A stretch of 62,842 nt of DNA, counting the filler. It is 4 parts of 4 records of this genome, joined end to end, with 100 filler letters (N's around TTAATTAATTAA, not from the genome) between each part and the next. Parts side by side here need not be neighbours in the genome. Positions count along the whole stretch, not along the records: positions 27,943 to 42,382 come from SRR2962707_1534; 3 more parts are not named here. The stretch is one strand, 5' to 3'. A model generated the notes under the pieces. That model did no database searches and was not told the origin of the DNA. It saw only the letters and a program-made list of their open reading frames with translations. Positions 30,082 to 41,214 of this stretch are shown here, piece by piece (position 1 is the stretch's first letter; each line of letters begins with the position of its first letter). The position numbers were made by a program, and so were the translations under genes.

Positions 30082-30621
30082 ATGAGTAAAATCCCAACGC
30101 CATTTCGACCATTACAAATAAGCGTATTAACGGTTTCAGACACCCGATCACTTGCAGAAGACACGTCAGGCGATGCTCTCATCGCGAACCTCAGTGCTGC
30201 CGGCCACTTCCTTTACCAGCGTGAACTGGTCAAAGATGATGTGTACGCCATGCGCGCCGTGGTGTCTAAATGGATAGCAGATGACAACAATCATGTCGTA
30301 CTAATCACTGGTGGTACGGGTTTTTACTCACGCGACAGCACACCAGAAGCCATGATTCCACTGTTTGACAAACAAATAGAAGGTTTTGGCGAGCTATTTC
30401 GACACATTTCCTATGAAGAAATTGGCACCTCTACGATTCAATCAAGAGCGGTAGCCGGATTGGCGAACAACACGCTCATCTTCTGCCTACCAGGTTCAAC
30501 AGGAGCCTGCCACACCGCTTGGAATGGCATTTTGAAAGAGCAGTTAGATTCAACTCACCGCCCATGTAATTTTGTTGAGTTGCTACTTGGCGCCTATCAC
30601 TCCAAGCTACATGAGGTATAA
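30082..30621 (+). CDS. moaB: Molybdenum cofactor biosynthesis protein B
   Basis: VLTVSDTR, TGGTGF..RDSTPEA, IGTSTIQSRA, LPGSTGAC, RPCNF. Confidence 0.95.
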   Translation: MSKIPTPFRPLQISVLTVSDTRSLAEDTSGDALIANLSAAGHFLYQRELVKDDVYAMRAVVSKWIADDNNHVVLITGGTGFYSRDSTPEAMIPLFDKQIEGFGELFRHISYEEIGTSTIQSRAVAGLANNTLIFCLPGSTGACHTAWNGILKEQLDSTHRPCNFVELLLGAYHSKLHEV

Positions 30622-30626
30622 ACAAA

Positions 30627-31820
30627 ATGTCTGAACTACTGCCTTTCGAAGAGGCACTGGATGCCATTGAGAACATGCAAAGCGTTCAAGTCAATGAAGA
30701 AACAATCGAGCTAAAGAGCGCGCTAGGGCGCATTGTGTCACAAGACATAGTAGCCGACGCTTTTGTTCCTCCTAGCGACAATAGCGCCATGGACGGTTAC
30801 GCCTTGCGTTTCTCTGACTGGAGCCCAGGCAAGGTATTGAAAATCAGCCAACGCGTCCCTGCAGGCTGCGCCCCTACGCCTTTAGAAGAAGGCACTTGTG
30901 CTCGTATTTTTACCGGAGCGAATATTCCCGAAGGCGCAGACACCGTTGTCATGCAAGAAGAAACAAAGCGTCACGAAGACGGCGTTTCTTTTTTGGACTC
31001 TCTGCAAGCTGGGGGCAACATTCGCCCGAAAGGACAAGACATTCAGCGCGGCCAAGTTATTGTTAAAAAAGGCACGAAAATTAGCCCAATGCACATTGGT
31101 CTACTATCAAGTCTTGGCATGACAAGCCTTTCGGCTTTTAGTCGACTTAACGTCGGTATCCTAACCACAGGGGATGAACTAATTGCCCCAGGTAATACCC
31201 TGGCTGAAGGGCAAATATTCAATTCAAATGGCCCTATGCTGGAGGCTCTTGTTACTCAAGCTGGCTATTGCGTTTCCCAACGCCTTCACGCCAAGGACTC
31301 TCCTGAAGAAACTGAAACGGCGATCAGCACCTTGCTCGCCTGCAGCGACGTTATTCTTTCATCTGGCGGAGTATCGGTAGGGGAAGAGGATCATGTCAAA
31401 GCCATTTTAGAAAAAATGGGCGACGTTCATTTGTGGAAAATAGCCATTAAACCAGGCAAACCCTTGGTTCATGCGACGCTTGGAACAACCCCTTTCTTAG
31501 GGCTTCCGGGGAACCCGAGCTCCACCTTGGTTACTTACCATTGGTTTGCGCGCCGTTTACTCGCTCGCTGTGCAGGACAGGAGAATATATTCGACCTATC
31601 CTATCCAGTCGATGCAGGTTTTAGTCGCACTAAAACCATTAAACGAGATGAGTTCTTACGGGTTTCTATTAGCGAAGATGGGCTGGCTTATGCGCATCCC
31701 CAACAGAGCTCAGGAGCCCTAATGGCCGCTTGTGAAAGCCAAGGTTACCTGCATATCAAGGCGCATACTTCCATTGAATATGGATGTTCTTATGCTTTCT
31801 ACCCTTTCTCAGGGTTTTAA
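30627..31820 (+). CDS. moeA: Molybdopterin molybdotransferase
   Basis: SAMDGYA, RIFTGANIPEGAD, TGDEL, SGGVSVGEEDH, KPGKP, GLPGNP. Confidence 0.96.
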   Translation: MSELLPFEEALDAIENMQSVQVNEETIELKSALGRIVSQDIVADAFVPPSDNSAMDGYALRFSDWSPGKVLKISQRVPAGCAPTPLEEGTCARIFTGANIPEGADTVVMQEETKRHEDGVSFLDSLQAGGNIRPKGQDIQRGQVIVKKGTKISPMHIGLLSSLGMTSLSAFSRLNVGILTTGDELIAPGNTLAEGQIFNSNGPMLEALVTQAGYCVSQRLHAKDSPEETETAISTLLACSDVILSSGGVSVGEEDHVKAILEKMGDVHLWKIAIKPGKPLVHATLGTTPFLGLPGNPSSTLVTYHWFARRLLARCAGQENIFDLSYPVDAGFSRTKTIKRDEFLRVSISEDGLAYAHPQQSSGALMAACESQGYLHIKAHTSIEYGCSYAFYPFSGF

Positions 31821-31851
31821 CTTAATACGACCTAACCAGTAAGACACGTTT

Positions 31852-32772
31852 TTATTCACCTTCTTCAATAAAGGCGTGTCTTAATAGCCCTCGAAACCAT
31901 TGGTGAGCCGGATCATGTTGAAAACGCTCGTGCCAAATCATTGAATAATCAAACGAGCGACTAGCAAAAGGCAGCTCATAAAGCGCCAACCCCGATGCGG
32001 TTGCCACCATGTCTTCTGCAAAAAGGCGTGGCACAGTCAGCAATAAATCACTGTCCATAACCACTCTTGCGGCTGGAACGAATGTCGGAAGTTGCACAGT
32101 GACATGCCGCTTATGCCCTAACCGATCCAGCTCTTTATCGACTGCAAAATACGCCCGACGCCCCAACACCACCTGCACATGATTCGATTGCAAATAGGCT
32201 TCTAATGTTAGATTGCCTTGGATCTTAGGGTGATCTTTGCGAGCAAGACACACCATGCAATCACTTTTTAAGCGCATCGCGCGAATGCCACCAGGAGGCT
32301 CTTTAGACAATACCGCTACGGCTAAATCCACATCCATATGGTCCAACTCGTTCGCGGTTTCTTCATCCCATGCTTTCACATCCAAAATGGCATTCGGAGC
32401 AGCCTGCTGAAAACGATCCAGCATCTTTGGCAATACGGTTAAGGTGCCAAAATCTGTGGTCGATAGGACAAACCGACGCTGGCTCGTTAAAGGCTTAAAT
32501 TCACTTGGCTGAATCAGGCTTTCCAACCCCTTTAACATATCAATTAATAAGGGCGTCAATGATTGTGTTTTGGTGGTAGGCGACAAACCGTGAGACGTTC
32601 GAACGAACAAGGGATCATCAAAGATATCCCTCAGTCTTGACAGCGAGCGGCTGACCGCAGGCTGAGAGACATCAAGTCGAGCCGCGGCCTTGGTCACATT
32701 TAATTCTTCGATCAATACACGAAAAATATACAGTAAGTTTAAGTCGATATCCGACAGTCTTATTTCTGACAA
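31852..32772 (-). CDS. LysR family transcriptional regulator (NodD/LeuO/YidZ-like)
   Basis: DLNLL...NVTKAAARLDVSQPAVSRSLSRLR..FDDPLFVR, WHERFQHDPAHQWFR. Confidence 0.95.
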   Translation of the reverse strand: MSEIRLSDIDLNLLYIFRVLIEELNVTKAAARLDVSQPAVSRSLSRLRDIFDDPLFVRTSHGLSPTTKTQSLTPLLIDMLKGLESLIQPSEFKPLTSQRRFVLSTTDFGTLTVLPKMLDRFQQAAPNAILDVKAWDEETANELDHMDVDLAVAVLSKEPPGGIRAMRLKSDCMVCLARKDHPKIQGNLTLEAYLQSNHVQVVLGRRAYFAVDKELDRLGHKRHVTVQLPTFVPAARVVMDSDLLLTVPRLFAEDMVATASGLALYELPFASRSFDYSMIWHERFQHDPAHQWFRGLLRHAFIEEGE

Positions 32773-32819
32773 GTGACCACTCCAGTCAATAGGTCCAACG
32801 ACGCATCGCCACTTTCAAG

Positions 32820-33737
32820 CTAAGCGAGGGTGTCACGTATTTGCGCAGAAGAAGCGCCTAATAAGTATAAAATGCCATCCAACCCTAAATTATTCATGGG
32901 GCATGGCGCCTGCTCTCTAACCAAAGGCTTTGCGTGCAACGCTACGCCCAGAGCCGCTTTATTCAGCATAAGTAAGTCATTGGCACCATCGCCACAAGCG
33001 ATCGTTTGGGACCAATCAACCCCTGTATTATCGACAATATTAGCCAACAAAAGCTGCTTGCGTTCAGCATCGACAATCGGCCCTAAATGCTTACCCGTTA
33101 GCTGCCCTGACTTAATTTCAAGCACATTCGCGTGCACTTCCGATATCCCGTACTGGCTTTGAACTCGATCTGCAAAATACGTAAAACCACCAGACAGTAT
33201 AGCAGTGTGCCAACCAAAGTGATGTAACACCTTCATTAACCGTTCAATGCCATCCATATGAACAATACGTTGGTAGACACCATCCATTACATCGCTACTA
33301 AGGCCATCAAGTAATGACAGTCGCTGTACAAAGCTCTCAACAAAATCAATTTCACCGCGCATAGCACTGGCGGTGATGGCGGCGATTTTTTCACCTATAC
33401 CCGCTTCCACCGCAAGCTCATCCATCACTTCTGCTTTAATCAATGTCGAATCCATATCAAATACCGCCACCCCTTTTTGATCAAGGCAAGGCGTTTTAGA
33501 TTGATAAATATGGTCGATTTTGGTGTCATCAGAAAGAGCCAGCAATGCCTTCTTCATGGAGGCTAATTGGTCATTGGAAACCGCCTGTTCAAGCGCGACT
33601 CGAACCACAGTGTAAGCATCTAGCTCATCTGTTAGTGTCTGAAACGTTCCGATAAGATGATGATCATCTAACCAAGACTCGAATTGACTCAGATAAGATG
33701 GTTGAAAAGACCCCATTAAAGTGATGCTGGCAGACAT
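32820..33737 (-). CDS. serB: Phosphoserine phosphatase
   Basis: FDMDSTLI (HAD motif I), AMRGEIDF, SGGF, GDGANDL. ATG 33737 has AGGAG upstream. Confidence 0.95.
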   Translation of the reverse strand: MSASITLMGSFQPSYLSQFESWLDDHHLIGTFQTLTDELDAYTVVRVALEQAVSNDQLASMKKALLALSDDTKIDHIYQSKTPCLDQKGVAVFDMDSTLIKAEVMDELAVEAGIGEKIAAITASAMRGEIDFVESFVQRLSLLDGLSSDVMDGVYQRIVHMDGIERLMKVLHHFGWHTAILSGGFTYFADRVQSQYGISEVHANVLEIKSGQLTGKHLGPIVDAERKQLLLANIVDNTGVDWSQTIACGDGANDLLMLNKAALGVALHAKPLVREQAPCPMNNLGLDGILYLLGASSAQIRDTLA

Positions 33738-33884
33738 AAAAGCTCCTAATACAGTAATCACGCTACTATACCAAATAGCCCAATAGAAACTAAGTATTGC
33801 TTGCACTTTAAAGAACCAAGAAAAACAACGATACCCTGTGTATACTTTAGCGATTGTTTTTATTGGTAAGTTTGAAGGACGTAA

Positions 33885-35309
33885 ATGGAGACGAACATCA
33901 AAACCAACGCATTAACGCTTTTCCTTAAGAAAAAGCTGACGGCCTCTGCCATTATTATCACGGCGTTCATGTCTCTGATGGCGATTACAGTCTGTCTTAT
34001 TTGGTTTACCATGACACAGGCCTTAGGGAACTATTTAAACCAACAGACCGAAGTGTTGGGAAGCAGCTTAGCCACCCAAGCGGCATTCAATGCAACCCAG
34101 TCGATCCTAACCAATGATTTATTAAGCCTAAATGTTCTGCTTAATCGACTGGTCGTAGATGACAATATTCTGAGTGCGCGCGTCTACAATAAAAAAGACG
34201 AATTGTTGGCAGAAGCCGATAGCGGCAATTCCGATGTGTCTAAAGACATCGACTTAAGACCTTCAGACAAACACCGGGTATACAGTTCCAGCATACGCTT
34301 TCGCGATGAGATCGTTGGGCACGTACTCATAACACTAGACAGAACCCCAACTCAGACCACACTTAAGCACCTGAACAATTTACTCATTGGTGTTTCTATC
34401 TTTATTTGTGCCATCGCATTATTGCTCGTCATACTGCTAACACGCTGGCTTTTTTCCCCTATCAATGAAGCGACTGACGCACTTAATGCACTGGCAAAAG
34501 GCCATCAAGACAGCCCGCTACCAACGCCATCGTTCAAAGAGGGTCGAAATCTGTGCCAAGCCATTCAAGACGTACAAATATTAGATTGGCCTAAAGTGGA
34601 AGAGGTTCCTGCTGCTGTGCCGCTTGACGTTGAAATACCAGCCAAAACTCAACTTGAAATGGATTTTGATAAAATCCTTGAAGAATCAAACAAGCGCAGT
34701 TGCCTGCTCTATTTTGACATTCTTAACCTCGACAATTGGCACAACGAGATGACACAACTGCAAGTAGCCAACTTGTTAACCCCCATCTACCGAGCCATTT
34801 TCCAAGCCAGTGAAACCTTCATGGGACAGGTTCATCAATATGATAATGACTCTGTGGTCATTTTCTTCAGCGCTCAAACCAGCAAAGACAATTTATACAT
34901 TAACGCCATAAGCACGGCTCAGCTCTTCCTAGGACTCATGGAAGAACTTTTAGAGAATGATTTGTACCAAGACACGCCAGCGCTTGATTTTCATCTAGGC
35001 CTGCATAACGGCGGTCCGGAAATAACAGAGATGATGCAAAACAATGAGTTCGACACCCAAAGAATCCAAACGCTACTAGAAGAAGTCTCTCAACTAAGTC
35101 ATTCAGAAAGCGTCAACAAACTGGTTATTAGTGACGCCATCTTCACTCTAAACGACATTCAAAATCGTGTTTTCACAGGCCTCCCTGAAATCATTGACAT
35201 CGAAGGGGAAGAAATACTCGCTTACGAAGTAAAAGGCATGGCAGAAAAACACCAAGAGAAGGTAAAACAGAAGATTATCGAAATGCGTCAAAACGGACTT
35301 TCGCAGTAA
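33885..35309 (+). CDS. AhpA/YtjB (Smp) family membrane protein with HAMP-like linker and degenerate cyclase-like C-terminal domain
   Basis: TM-periplasmic (NDLLSLNVLLNRLV..D.I..A.VY)-TM architecture, divergent from serB as usual for this family. Confidence 0.75.
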   Translation: METNIKTNALTLFLKKKLTASAIIITAFMSLMAITVCLIWFTMTQALGNYLNQQTEVLGSSLATQAAFNATQSILTNDLLSLNVLLNRLVVDDNILSARVYNKKDELLAEADSGNSDVSKDIDLRPSDKHRVYSSSIRFRDEIVGHVLITLDRTPTQTTLKHLNNLLIGVSIFICAIALLLVILLTRWLFSPINEATDALNALAKGHQDSPLPTPSFKEGRNLCQAIQDVQILDWPKVEEVPAAVPLDVEIPAKTQLEMDFDKILEESNKRSCLLYFDILNLDNWHNEMTQLQVANLLTPIYRAIFQASETFMGQVHQYDNDSVVIFFSAQTSKDNLYINAISTAQLFLGLMEELLENDLYQDTPALDFHLGLHNGGPEITEMMQNNEFDTQRIQTLLEEVSQLSHSESVNKLVISDAIFTLNDIQNRVFTGLPEIIDIEGEEILAYEVKGMAEKHQEKVKQKIIEMRQNGLSQ

Positions 35310-35328
35310 ACACTCTTTATAAAAACAC

Positions 35329-35390
35329 CAAAGCCAGTATAGAAAAGCGCGTCTTTAGACGGAACACTTCTCCTATACTGGCTTTGTTTT
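35329..35390. terminator. Long hairpin / bidirectional terminator between the AhpA-like gene and rpoS
   Basis: CAAAGCCAGTATAG...CTATACTGGCTTTG 14-bp inverted repeat followed by TTTT. Confidence 0.7.
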
Positions 35391-35401
35391 TCAATCAAAC
35401 A

Positions 35402-36400
35402 TTAGCTATCGAAACGAATTACATCATCCAATGCAAGACCTTCTTTATCCATCATAATTCTTAGCTTGCGTAAGGCCTCTACCTGAATTTGTCGAACACG
35501 CTCACGCGTCAGACCTATTTCAGCACCAACATCTTCAAGGGTACTTGGCTCATATCCACGCAACCCGAAACGTCTGGCAATGACTTCACACTGCTTTTCA
35601 TTAAGCTCGCTCAACCAACCTTCTATACTGTGAAGCACATCGCCATCTTGACGGTCTTCCTCTGGCCCTTGATGCTGAGTATCCGCGAGAATCTCTACTA
35701 AGCTTTTATCGTTATTCTCCCCACCTACTGGAGAGTCAATTGAGCTTACCCGTTCATTTAAGCCCAGCATTTTTTGAACATCTTCTACAGGACGATCTAA
35801 CATCTCTGCAATTTCTTCTGCACTGGGTTCATGATCCAGTTTTTGAGTCAGCTCACGAGCCGCTCGAAGGTAAACATTAAGCTCTTTAACCACATGAATT
35901 GGCAGACGAATGGTTCGAGTTTGGTTCATTATCGCCCGCTCAATGGTTTGTCGAATCCACCATGTGGCGTAGGTCGAAAATCGAAAACCGCGCTCTGGGT
36001 CAAACTTTTCTACCGCTCGAATCAAGCCCAAATTGCCTTCTTCAATTAGATCCAATAAGGACAAGCCACGGTTCAAATAGCGACGTGAGATCTTCACAAC
36101 TAAGCGCAAATTACTTTCAATCATGCGTTTGCGAGCTTTCTCATCACCTTTTAATGAAAGCCTCGCGAAGTACACTTCTTCCTCTGCAGAAAGCAAAGGG
36201 GAAAAACCAATTTCACTCAAATATAACTGCGTAACATCTAACACTTTACCACTGTCTTCACTAGCGTATCTGGCACTAACAGCGGACTCAAATTCTTCAT
36301 CGGTTGAATCAACTAATTCGTTGTTATCAACTTCCTGATCATAATTGGACGTGTCTGGAATTCGTTTTGCCGCACTATTATTCGTTTCAATTGCTTTCAT
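35402..36400 (-). CDS. rpoS: RNA polymerase sigma factor RpoS
   Basis: [67 protein letters not shown]; located downstream of nlpD. Confidence 0.97.
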   Translation of the reverse strand: MKAIETNNSAAKRIPDTSNYDQEVDNNELVDSTDEEFESAVSARYASEDSGKVLDVTQLYLSEIGFSPLLSAEEEVYFARLSLKGDEKARKRMIESNLRLVVKISRRYLNRGLSLLDLIEEGNLGLIRAVEKFDPERGFRFSTYATWWIRQTIERAIMNQTRTIRLPIHVVKELNVYLRAARELTQKLDHEPSAEEIAEMLDRPVEDVQKMLGLNERVSSIDSPVGGENNDKSLVEILADTQHQGPEEDRQDGDVLHSIEGWLSELNEKQCEVIARRFGLRGYEPSTLEDVGAEIGLTRERVRQIQVEALRKLRIMMDKEGLALDDVIRFDS

Positions 36401-36426
36401 ATTTCCTCCTTGTCCCCTACTGAGCT

Positions 36427-37245
36427 CTATTTCCGAGGGAGTACTTTTAGCGGATCTATTGGTTGCCCATCACGACGAACTTCAAAATGCAGTAATGATT
36501 TCTCACTACCTTTTCCACCTATTACAGCCAATGCATCACCTGCACGAACCGTTTGCTGCTCCTTCACCAAAATCCTTTCGTTGTATGCATAAGCGCTTAG
36601 GTACACATCGTTATGTTTCACTATTACTAAGTTGCCATAACCAATCAGACCACTGCCTGCATAAACGACCACTCCATTGGCCGCTGCTTTTACTAAATTG
36701 CCTTTTTGCCCTTTAATGTCTATACCTTTACTACTAACGCCACCACTTGAAAACCCCTTCACTACGGCGCCATCAATTGGCCAGTGCCAAGAAGAGACTT
36801 TTTCTGAGTTCACAGGTGACGATTTCGATACAACTTTAGGTGGCGAACTGCGCTTCTGAAGCTGTATATCCGATGCTGATTTTTTCACGACAGGCGCTTT
36901 ATTCGTCGACCTTGATGGAGCGCTACTGACTCTTTTAGATACTGAATTGGTTTTCTTTCTCAACCAAATTTTTTGCTTCGGATAAATCGTATATGGCGAA
37001 CGAATTTTGTTTAAATTAGCCACTTCTCGATAATCAAGACCATATCCAAACGCAATAGAGAACAAGGTTTCACCACGTTTGACACGATGGTATCCAGAAG
37101 CAGGGACCGAAGACACACTGGCATTATTAGAGCGATAGGATTGACTGTTTTTGTTAGGGAAGTTAATAACCTGATAAGAACAACCTGAAATAAAAAGACA
37201 GACGAAAATTCCCACCATAAGACCCCATGAAGGAAATAACGACAA
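36427..37245 (-). CDS. nlpD: LysM/M23 lipoprotein NlpD
   Basis: Lipobox FISGC, LysM ([11 protein letters not shown]), degenerate M23 ([16 protein letters not shown]). Confidence 0.93.
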   Translation of the reverse strand: MSLFPSWGLMVGIFVCLFISGCSYQVINFPNKNSQSYRSNNASVSSVPASGYHRVKRGETLFSIAFGYGLDYREVANLNKIRSPYTIYPKQKIWLRKKTNSVSKRVSSAPSRSTNKAPVVKKSASDIQLQKRSSPPKVVSKSSPVNSEKVSSWHWPIDGAVVKGFSSGGVSSKGIDIKGQKGNLVKAAANGVVVYAGSGLIGYGNLVIVKHNDVYLSAYAYNERILVKEQQTVRAGDALAVIGGKGSEKSLLHFEVRRDGQPIDPLKVLPRK

Positions 37246-37310
37246 CGTCTTTTTAAATGCAAAATTATTGATAACCTACTACCTCAAAAGTCACCTGAAA
37301 AACAAAAAAA

Positions 37311-38231
37311 TTATTTGTCTGCTTTTAGTAAAGAAATGTAAGAAATGAGAAGCACGCTCAACAAACCAGCAAAAACAAAGAACAACGGAAGCAGCAAATC
37401 ACTTCCTATTTGGTAATTTATTGATTGCCAAGGCAGTATCAAATGTTCCTCTAAAGGCAATTTTTTATGCCCTACTGTGATCCAAGTGTCCGTCACCTTC
37501 CAAGGCCAAACTTTAACCAGCGCCCCCAACATAATGCCGGTTAACACAGCAAGCGTTGTTTGCTTTGCATGTTCAAGCAATGCATTAAGCACTTTGGCAA
37601 AACTTAGCAACCCAATCAAGGCACCGCCAGCAAAAACGGCGATAACCATTAGATCAAGGCTTTTCACCGCGCCCATAATAAAACCGTACATTCCTAGCAT
37701 CAGTAGCAAAAAGCTGCCTGAGATACCCGGCAAGATCATCGCACAAATAGCAATCATGCCTGATACAAAGATCATTGTATAAGAAATACTCAACTGAGTG
37801 GGTACGATCAAGGAAACAGCCGCGCCGATACAAATCCCTATGACTAAGAATAAAAAATGGCGCACTGAAAAGCCTTTTATCTGACTAATCAAAAAATACG
37901 CTGATGCCAAAATCAACCCAAAAAAGAAACTCCACAAATACGCTGGATAGGTGGCCAACAAATGAGTAATCAGGCCAGCTATAGCAAAAATACTGGTTAA
38001 TATGCCAAGTCCCAAAGGCAATAAAAAGCGCCCATCAAAATGGCGCCATAAACCTTTCAAGTCCCCCCTACAAAGCAACATGAGACTGCTTTTATTCACC
38101 CCACTTAAAGCATGAAGCAAGCGATCGTATAGACCTAAGATAAAAGCGATAGTACCACCAGACACACCCGGGACGACATCGGCAGCCCCCATCATTACAC
38201 CACCCAAATACACTTTTAGCCAATTAGGCAT
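37311..38231 (-). CDS. DUF368 membrane protein (undecaprenyl-phosphate translocase-like)
   Basis: MGAADVVPGVSGGTIA and AMILPGISGS repeats. Confidence 0.92.
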   Translation of the reverse strand: MPNWLKVYLGGVMMGAADVVPGVSGGTIAFILGLYDRLLHALSGVNKSSLMLLCRGDLKGLWRHFDGRFLLPLGLGILTSIFAIAGLITHLLATYPAYLWSFFFGLILASAYFLISQIKGFSVRHFLFLVIGICIGAAVSLIVPTQLSISYTMIFVSGMIAICAMILPGISGSFLLLMLGMYGFIMGAVKSLDLMVIAVFAGGALIGLLSFAKVLNALLEHAKQTTLAVLTGIMLGALVKVWPWKVTDTWITVGHKKLPLEEHLILPWQSINYQIGSDLLLPLFFVFAGLLSVLLISYISLLKADK

Positions 38232-38889
38232 ATTCTTTACCTTCTAATAAGGGAACAAAGTGCGCAGGCGCTGTTCCTAAACATTTCCAATGCTGACCTT
38301 TCTTTTGCCAACACCCAATACATGATACAGGCGTATCTATCGGCATAATAAGTATGCCGTTTTCTTTCAGGCAATCCGTTAACGCAATCGGTACCTTACT
38401 CGCCATAGCGGTAATAATAACGGCATCCATGTCGATTTTTTGTGGCCAACCCGCCTGGCCATCACCAAAATGAAATTCCACATTATGAACGGACATCTTA
38501 GCCAATCGCTCTTTCGCCAAGCGATAAAGCGACTCTTGTCGCTCAATGGTATGCACCTTATTAAAAAAGTGAGCCAGAATGGCCGTTTGATAACCAGACC
38601 CTGTTCCTATTTCCAATACTCGGCCACGGCGAGCATAGTCCAACAACCACTGCGTCATCCGCGCAACGGTTAAAGGCTGGCTAATCGTTTGGTTTCGACC
38701 AATAGGTAACGGTGTGGCGGAATAGGCAAGGTGAGAAAAAGCAGGTTCAACAAAGTCATGGCGCGCAAGACCGCCCATTACTGCCAGCAATTCCAAATGG
38801 TGAATTCCCTGCTCTTTTAATTGAGCCACCATCTGAGCAGTTCTAGGCTCTGTGTGTTTCACCAACCAATTCAGATCGTATGGGCTCAT
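38224..38889 (-). CDS. pcm: Protein-L-isoaspartate O-methyltransferase
   Basis: LPIGRNQTISQP, VLEIGTGSGYQTA, GDG..GW, FVPLL. Confidence 0.93.
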   Translation of the reverse strand: MSPYDLNWLVKHTEPRTAQMVAQLKEQGIHHLELLAVMGGLARHDFVEPAFSHLAYSATPLPIGRNQTISQPLTVARMTQWLLDYARRGRVLEIGTGSGYQTAILAHFFNKVHTIERQESLYRLAKERLAKMSVHNVEFHFGDGQAGWPQKIDMDAVIITAMASKVPIALTDCLKENGILIMPIDTPVSCIGCWQKKGQHWKCLGTAPAHFVPLLEGKEYA

Positions 38890-39632
38890 AACGTCAATGA
38901 AACAACCCAATCTTCTAGTGGCTTTTTCGCTTCATGACAGGTCATGTCTGTATGAATCGGCGTAATAGACACATACCCTTCTTCAACGGCATAAAAGTCT
39001 GTTCCTGGTGACGCATCGTGAGGTTCAGACAAGGCACCAATCCAAAAGCTGGGCACTCCTTTTGGGTGTTGGGCGCTGATCGCTTCTTGTGCTCGCTGGC
39101 GATAACCAAGACGCGTCACCTTTATCCCCTTAAGCTGTTCATAGGGCACGTCTGGCACATTAATGTTCAACAAGATGCCGGGCGCTAAGGCAAGGCGAGG
39201 AGAATCTTCAATAAGCTGCTGCACCACTTTTGCAGCCGTCTCAAAATAAGTGTCCCCCACCAGAGAAACCGCCAATGCGGGGCGACCAAGGTGACGCGCT
39301 TCCATCGCGGCTGCGACTGTCCCTGAGTAGATCACATCATCACCCAAGTTTGCACCATGGTTAATACCAGACACCACTAGATCAACCTGCCCTGCAATCA
39401 CACCAGAGAGAGCCAAATTAACGCAGTCGGTTGGCGTGCCATCCACTCGATAACTGTTTTCAGATATTTTGGTCGGTTGAAGTGGCCTGGTTAAGGTGAG
39501 AGAGTTACTCGCACCACTACGATTTCGATCCGGAGCGACCACCAAAACATCGTAGTTAGCCGCTAAGTTCAGCGCCAATGTCTGGATGCCTAAAGCATCA
39601 ATTCCATCGTCATTCGCGATCAATATTCTCAT
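38886..39632 (-). CDS. surE: 5'/3'-nucleotidase SurE
   Basis: ANDDG, APDRNRSGAS, GTPTDCV, SGINHGANLGDDVIYSGTVAAA. Confidence 0.97.
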   Translation of the reverse strand: MRILIANDDGIDALGIQTLALNLAANYDVLVVAPDRNRSGASNSLTLTRPLQPTKISENSYRVDGTPTDCVNLALSGVIAGQVDLVVSGINHGANLGDDVIYSGTVAAAMEARHLGRPALAVSLVGDTYFETAAKVVQQLIEDSPRLALAPGILLNINVPDVPYEQLKGIKVTRLGYRQRAQEAISAQHPKGVPSFWIGALSEPHDASPGTDFYAVEEGYVSITPIHTDMTCHEAKKPLEDWVVSLTL

Positions 39633-40707
39633 GGTGTTTCTCTACTGATTTGTCTCTAAAATCTATCATTTCACGCAATATACTGGTCGCAAAGCACCCT
39701 TTAGACAAAGAGAACTCCACGATAAGCTGCGCCTTCTCATTAGGCCCTTGTAGCAATTCCCAGGCCATATCCATGGGCATTAAACGCGCTAGGCGACTCT
39801 CTCGAGACAAACCAAAATTAATCAAGCCGTCAACCAATTCCATATTGCCTGACAAGCTTGCTTTGATTGCTTGCTCACGCTGTGGGCCTGTGCCCGCTTC
39901 CCAACCTTCACAGATCAATGGCAGCACAGGATGGACGCCGCCTCGCATGGCTGTAAGATGCAGGTCTGCGGTCATACCCTTAACACGAAACTGCTCATCT
40001 CTTGCCTGATATTGAGCAATATCCCCGTCGCAAAGACGCGCCCACATACCTGACTCAACTTGCTGACTCAGTGCCTCATTGAAACACCAAGAGCGAATCG
40101 CCGATAACCAAAAGGACTCTGTCTTCGCCAGTTTGTTGCGACCTTGCCTGCCTTTGAGCACAAACCCTTTGCCATTATGCAAGTTATTGCCGTTTATACC
40201 GAAGCGCTGTGGACCATAATAATTGGGCACACCACCGAGCTTAATTAACTCAAGGCGACTTTGTAACTCATCTAAATCGCCATCAAGCTCTCGCAATCTC
40301 AGCACAAAACGGTTAGCAATATGACTGCCTGTGCGCAATTTTTTAGAATGACGTGTCTGACGAATTACCCGAACACTTTCTGGTTCACGAAACGCTTCCT
40401 GAATACTGCTAAGGTCAGGGGTTTGGTTCAATACATGCAAACAAAACCACTGTCTGGTACAAGCATGACGATCTTTTACGCCACTGTAAGTCACCTTGTT
40501 AGGGGCTATGCCAGCAATTTGTGCCAAACGCTTTGCCAAGAAGTCTGTATTAACACCTTGTTTTTCAATGAAAACAAAGCAAAATTCGCCTTGCTCATCC
40601 GGCTCAAAACCCAGCACTTCTTCAACATAAAAATCCTGCACTGTGGTTTTTAAATCACCCGTAATCGCAGGCTTTGACCAAGCATATCGCCATTCGGTAT
40701 TCATCAC
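39610..40707 (-). CDS. truD: tRNA pseudouridine(13) synthase
   Basis: [47 protein letters not shown]. Confidence 0.94.
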   Translation of the reverse strand: MMNTEWRYAWSKPAITGDLKTTVQDFYVEEVLGFEPDEQGEFCFVFIEKQGVNTDFLAKRLAQIAGIAPNKVTYSGVKDRHACTRQWFCLHVLNQTPDLSSIQEAFREPESVRVIRQTRHSKKLRTGSHIANRFVLRLRELDGDLDELQSRLELIKLGGVPNYYGPQRFGINGNNLHNGKGFVLKGRQGRNKLAKTESFWLSAIRSWCFNEALSQQVESGMWARLCDGDIAQYQARDEQFRVKGMTADLHLTAMRGGVHPVLPLICEGWEAGTGPQREQAIKASLSGNMELVDGLINFGLSRESRLARLMPMDMAWELLQGPNEKAQLIVEFSLSKGCFATSILREMIDFRDKSVEKHHENIDRE

Positions 40708-41207
40708 TTATCCTGCTTAACTATCAACGCGACAGCCTCAACGGCAATCCCTTCTTTACGGCCGGTAAAGCCCAGTTTTTCCGTCGTGGTGGCCTTCACA
40801 TTCACCTGCCCTATTTCGACCTCTAAATCAGCAGCAATGTTGGCTCGCATCAGATCAATATAAGGACGCATTTTCGGCGCTTGCGCAATAATAGTGACAT
40901 CCACATTTCCCACTAAGAAACCCAACTTTTGAATTTCTTGGTAAGCACGCTTTAATAATATTCGGCTATCGGCCCCAGCAAAGGCTGGGTCTGTGTCCGG
41001 GAAATGGGTACCAATATCACCCAGCGCCGCAGCGCCTAACAAAGCGTCTGTTAACGCATGCAGCACCACATCACCGTCTGAATGAGCGATTAAGCCTTGG
41101 GAGTAAGGGATACGCTCACCACCGAGAACAATATGATCCCCTTCACCGAATTTATGTACATCAAAACCATGACCGATACGAAACGGTACCATGATAAAGT
41201 CTCCCAT
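40704..41207 (-). CDS. ispF: 2-C-methyl-D-erythritol 2,4-cyclodiphosphate synthase
   Basis: [41 protein letters not shown]. Confidence 0.97.
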   Translation of the reverse strand: MGDFIMVPFRIGHGFDVHKFGEGDHIVLGGERIPYSQGLIAHSDGDVVLHALTDALLGAAALGDIGTHFPDTDPAFAGADSRILLKRAYQEIQKLGFLVGNVDVTIIAQAPKMRPYIDLMRANIAADLEVEIGQVNVKATTTEKLGFTGRKEGIAVEAVALIVKQDK

Positions 41208-41214
41208 TTGATAA

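Noticed and set aside
12929-30621. Two moaB genes and MEP-pathway genes in both halves, suggesting duplication or a super-cluster
   Set aside because: They lie on different contigs from different organisms
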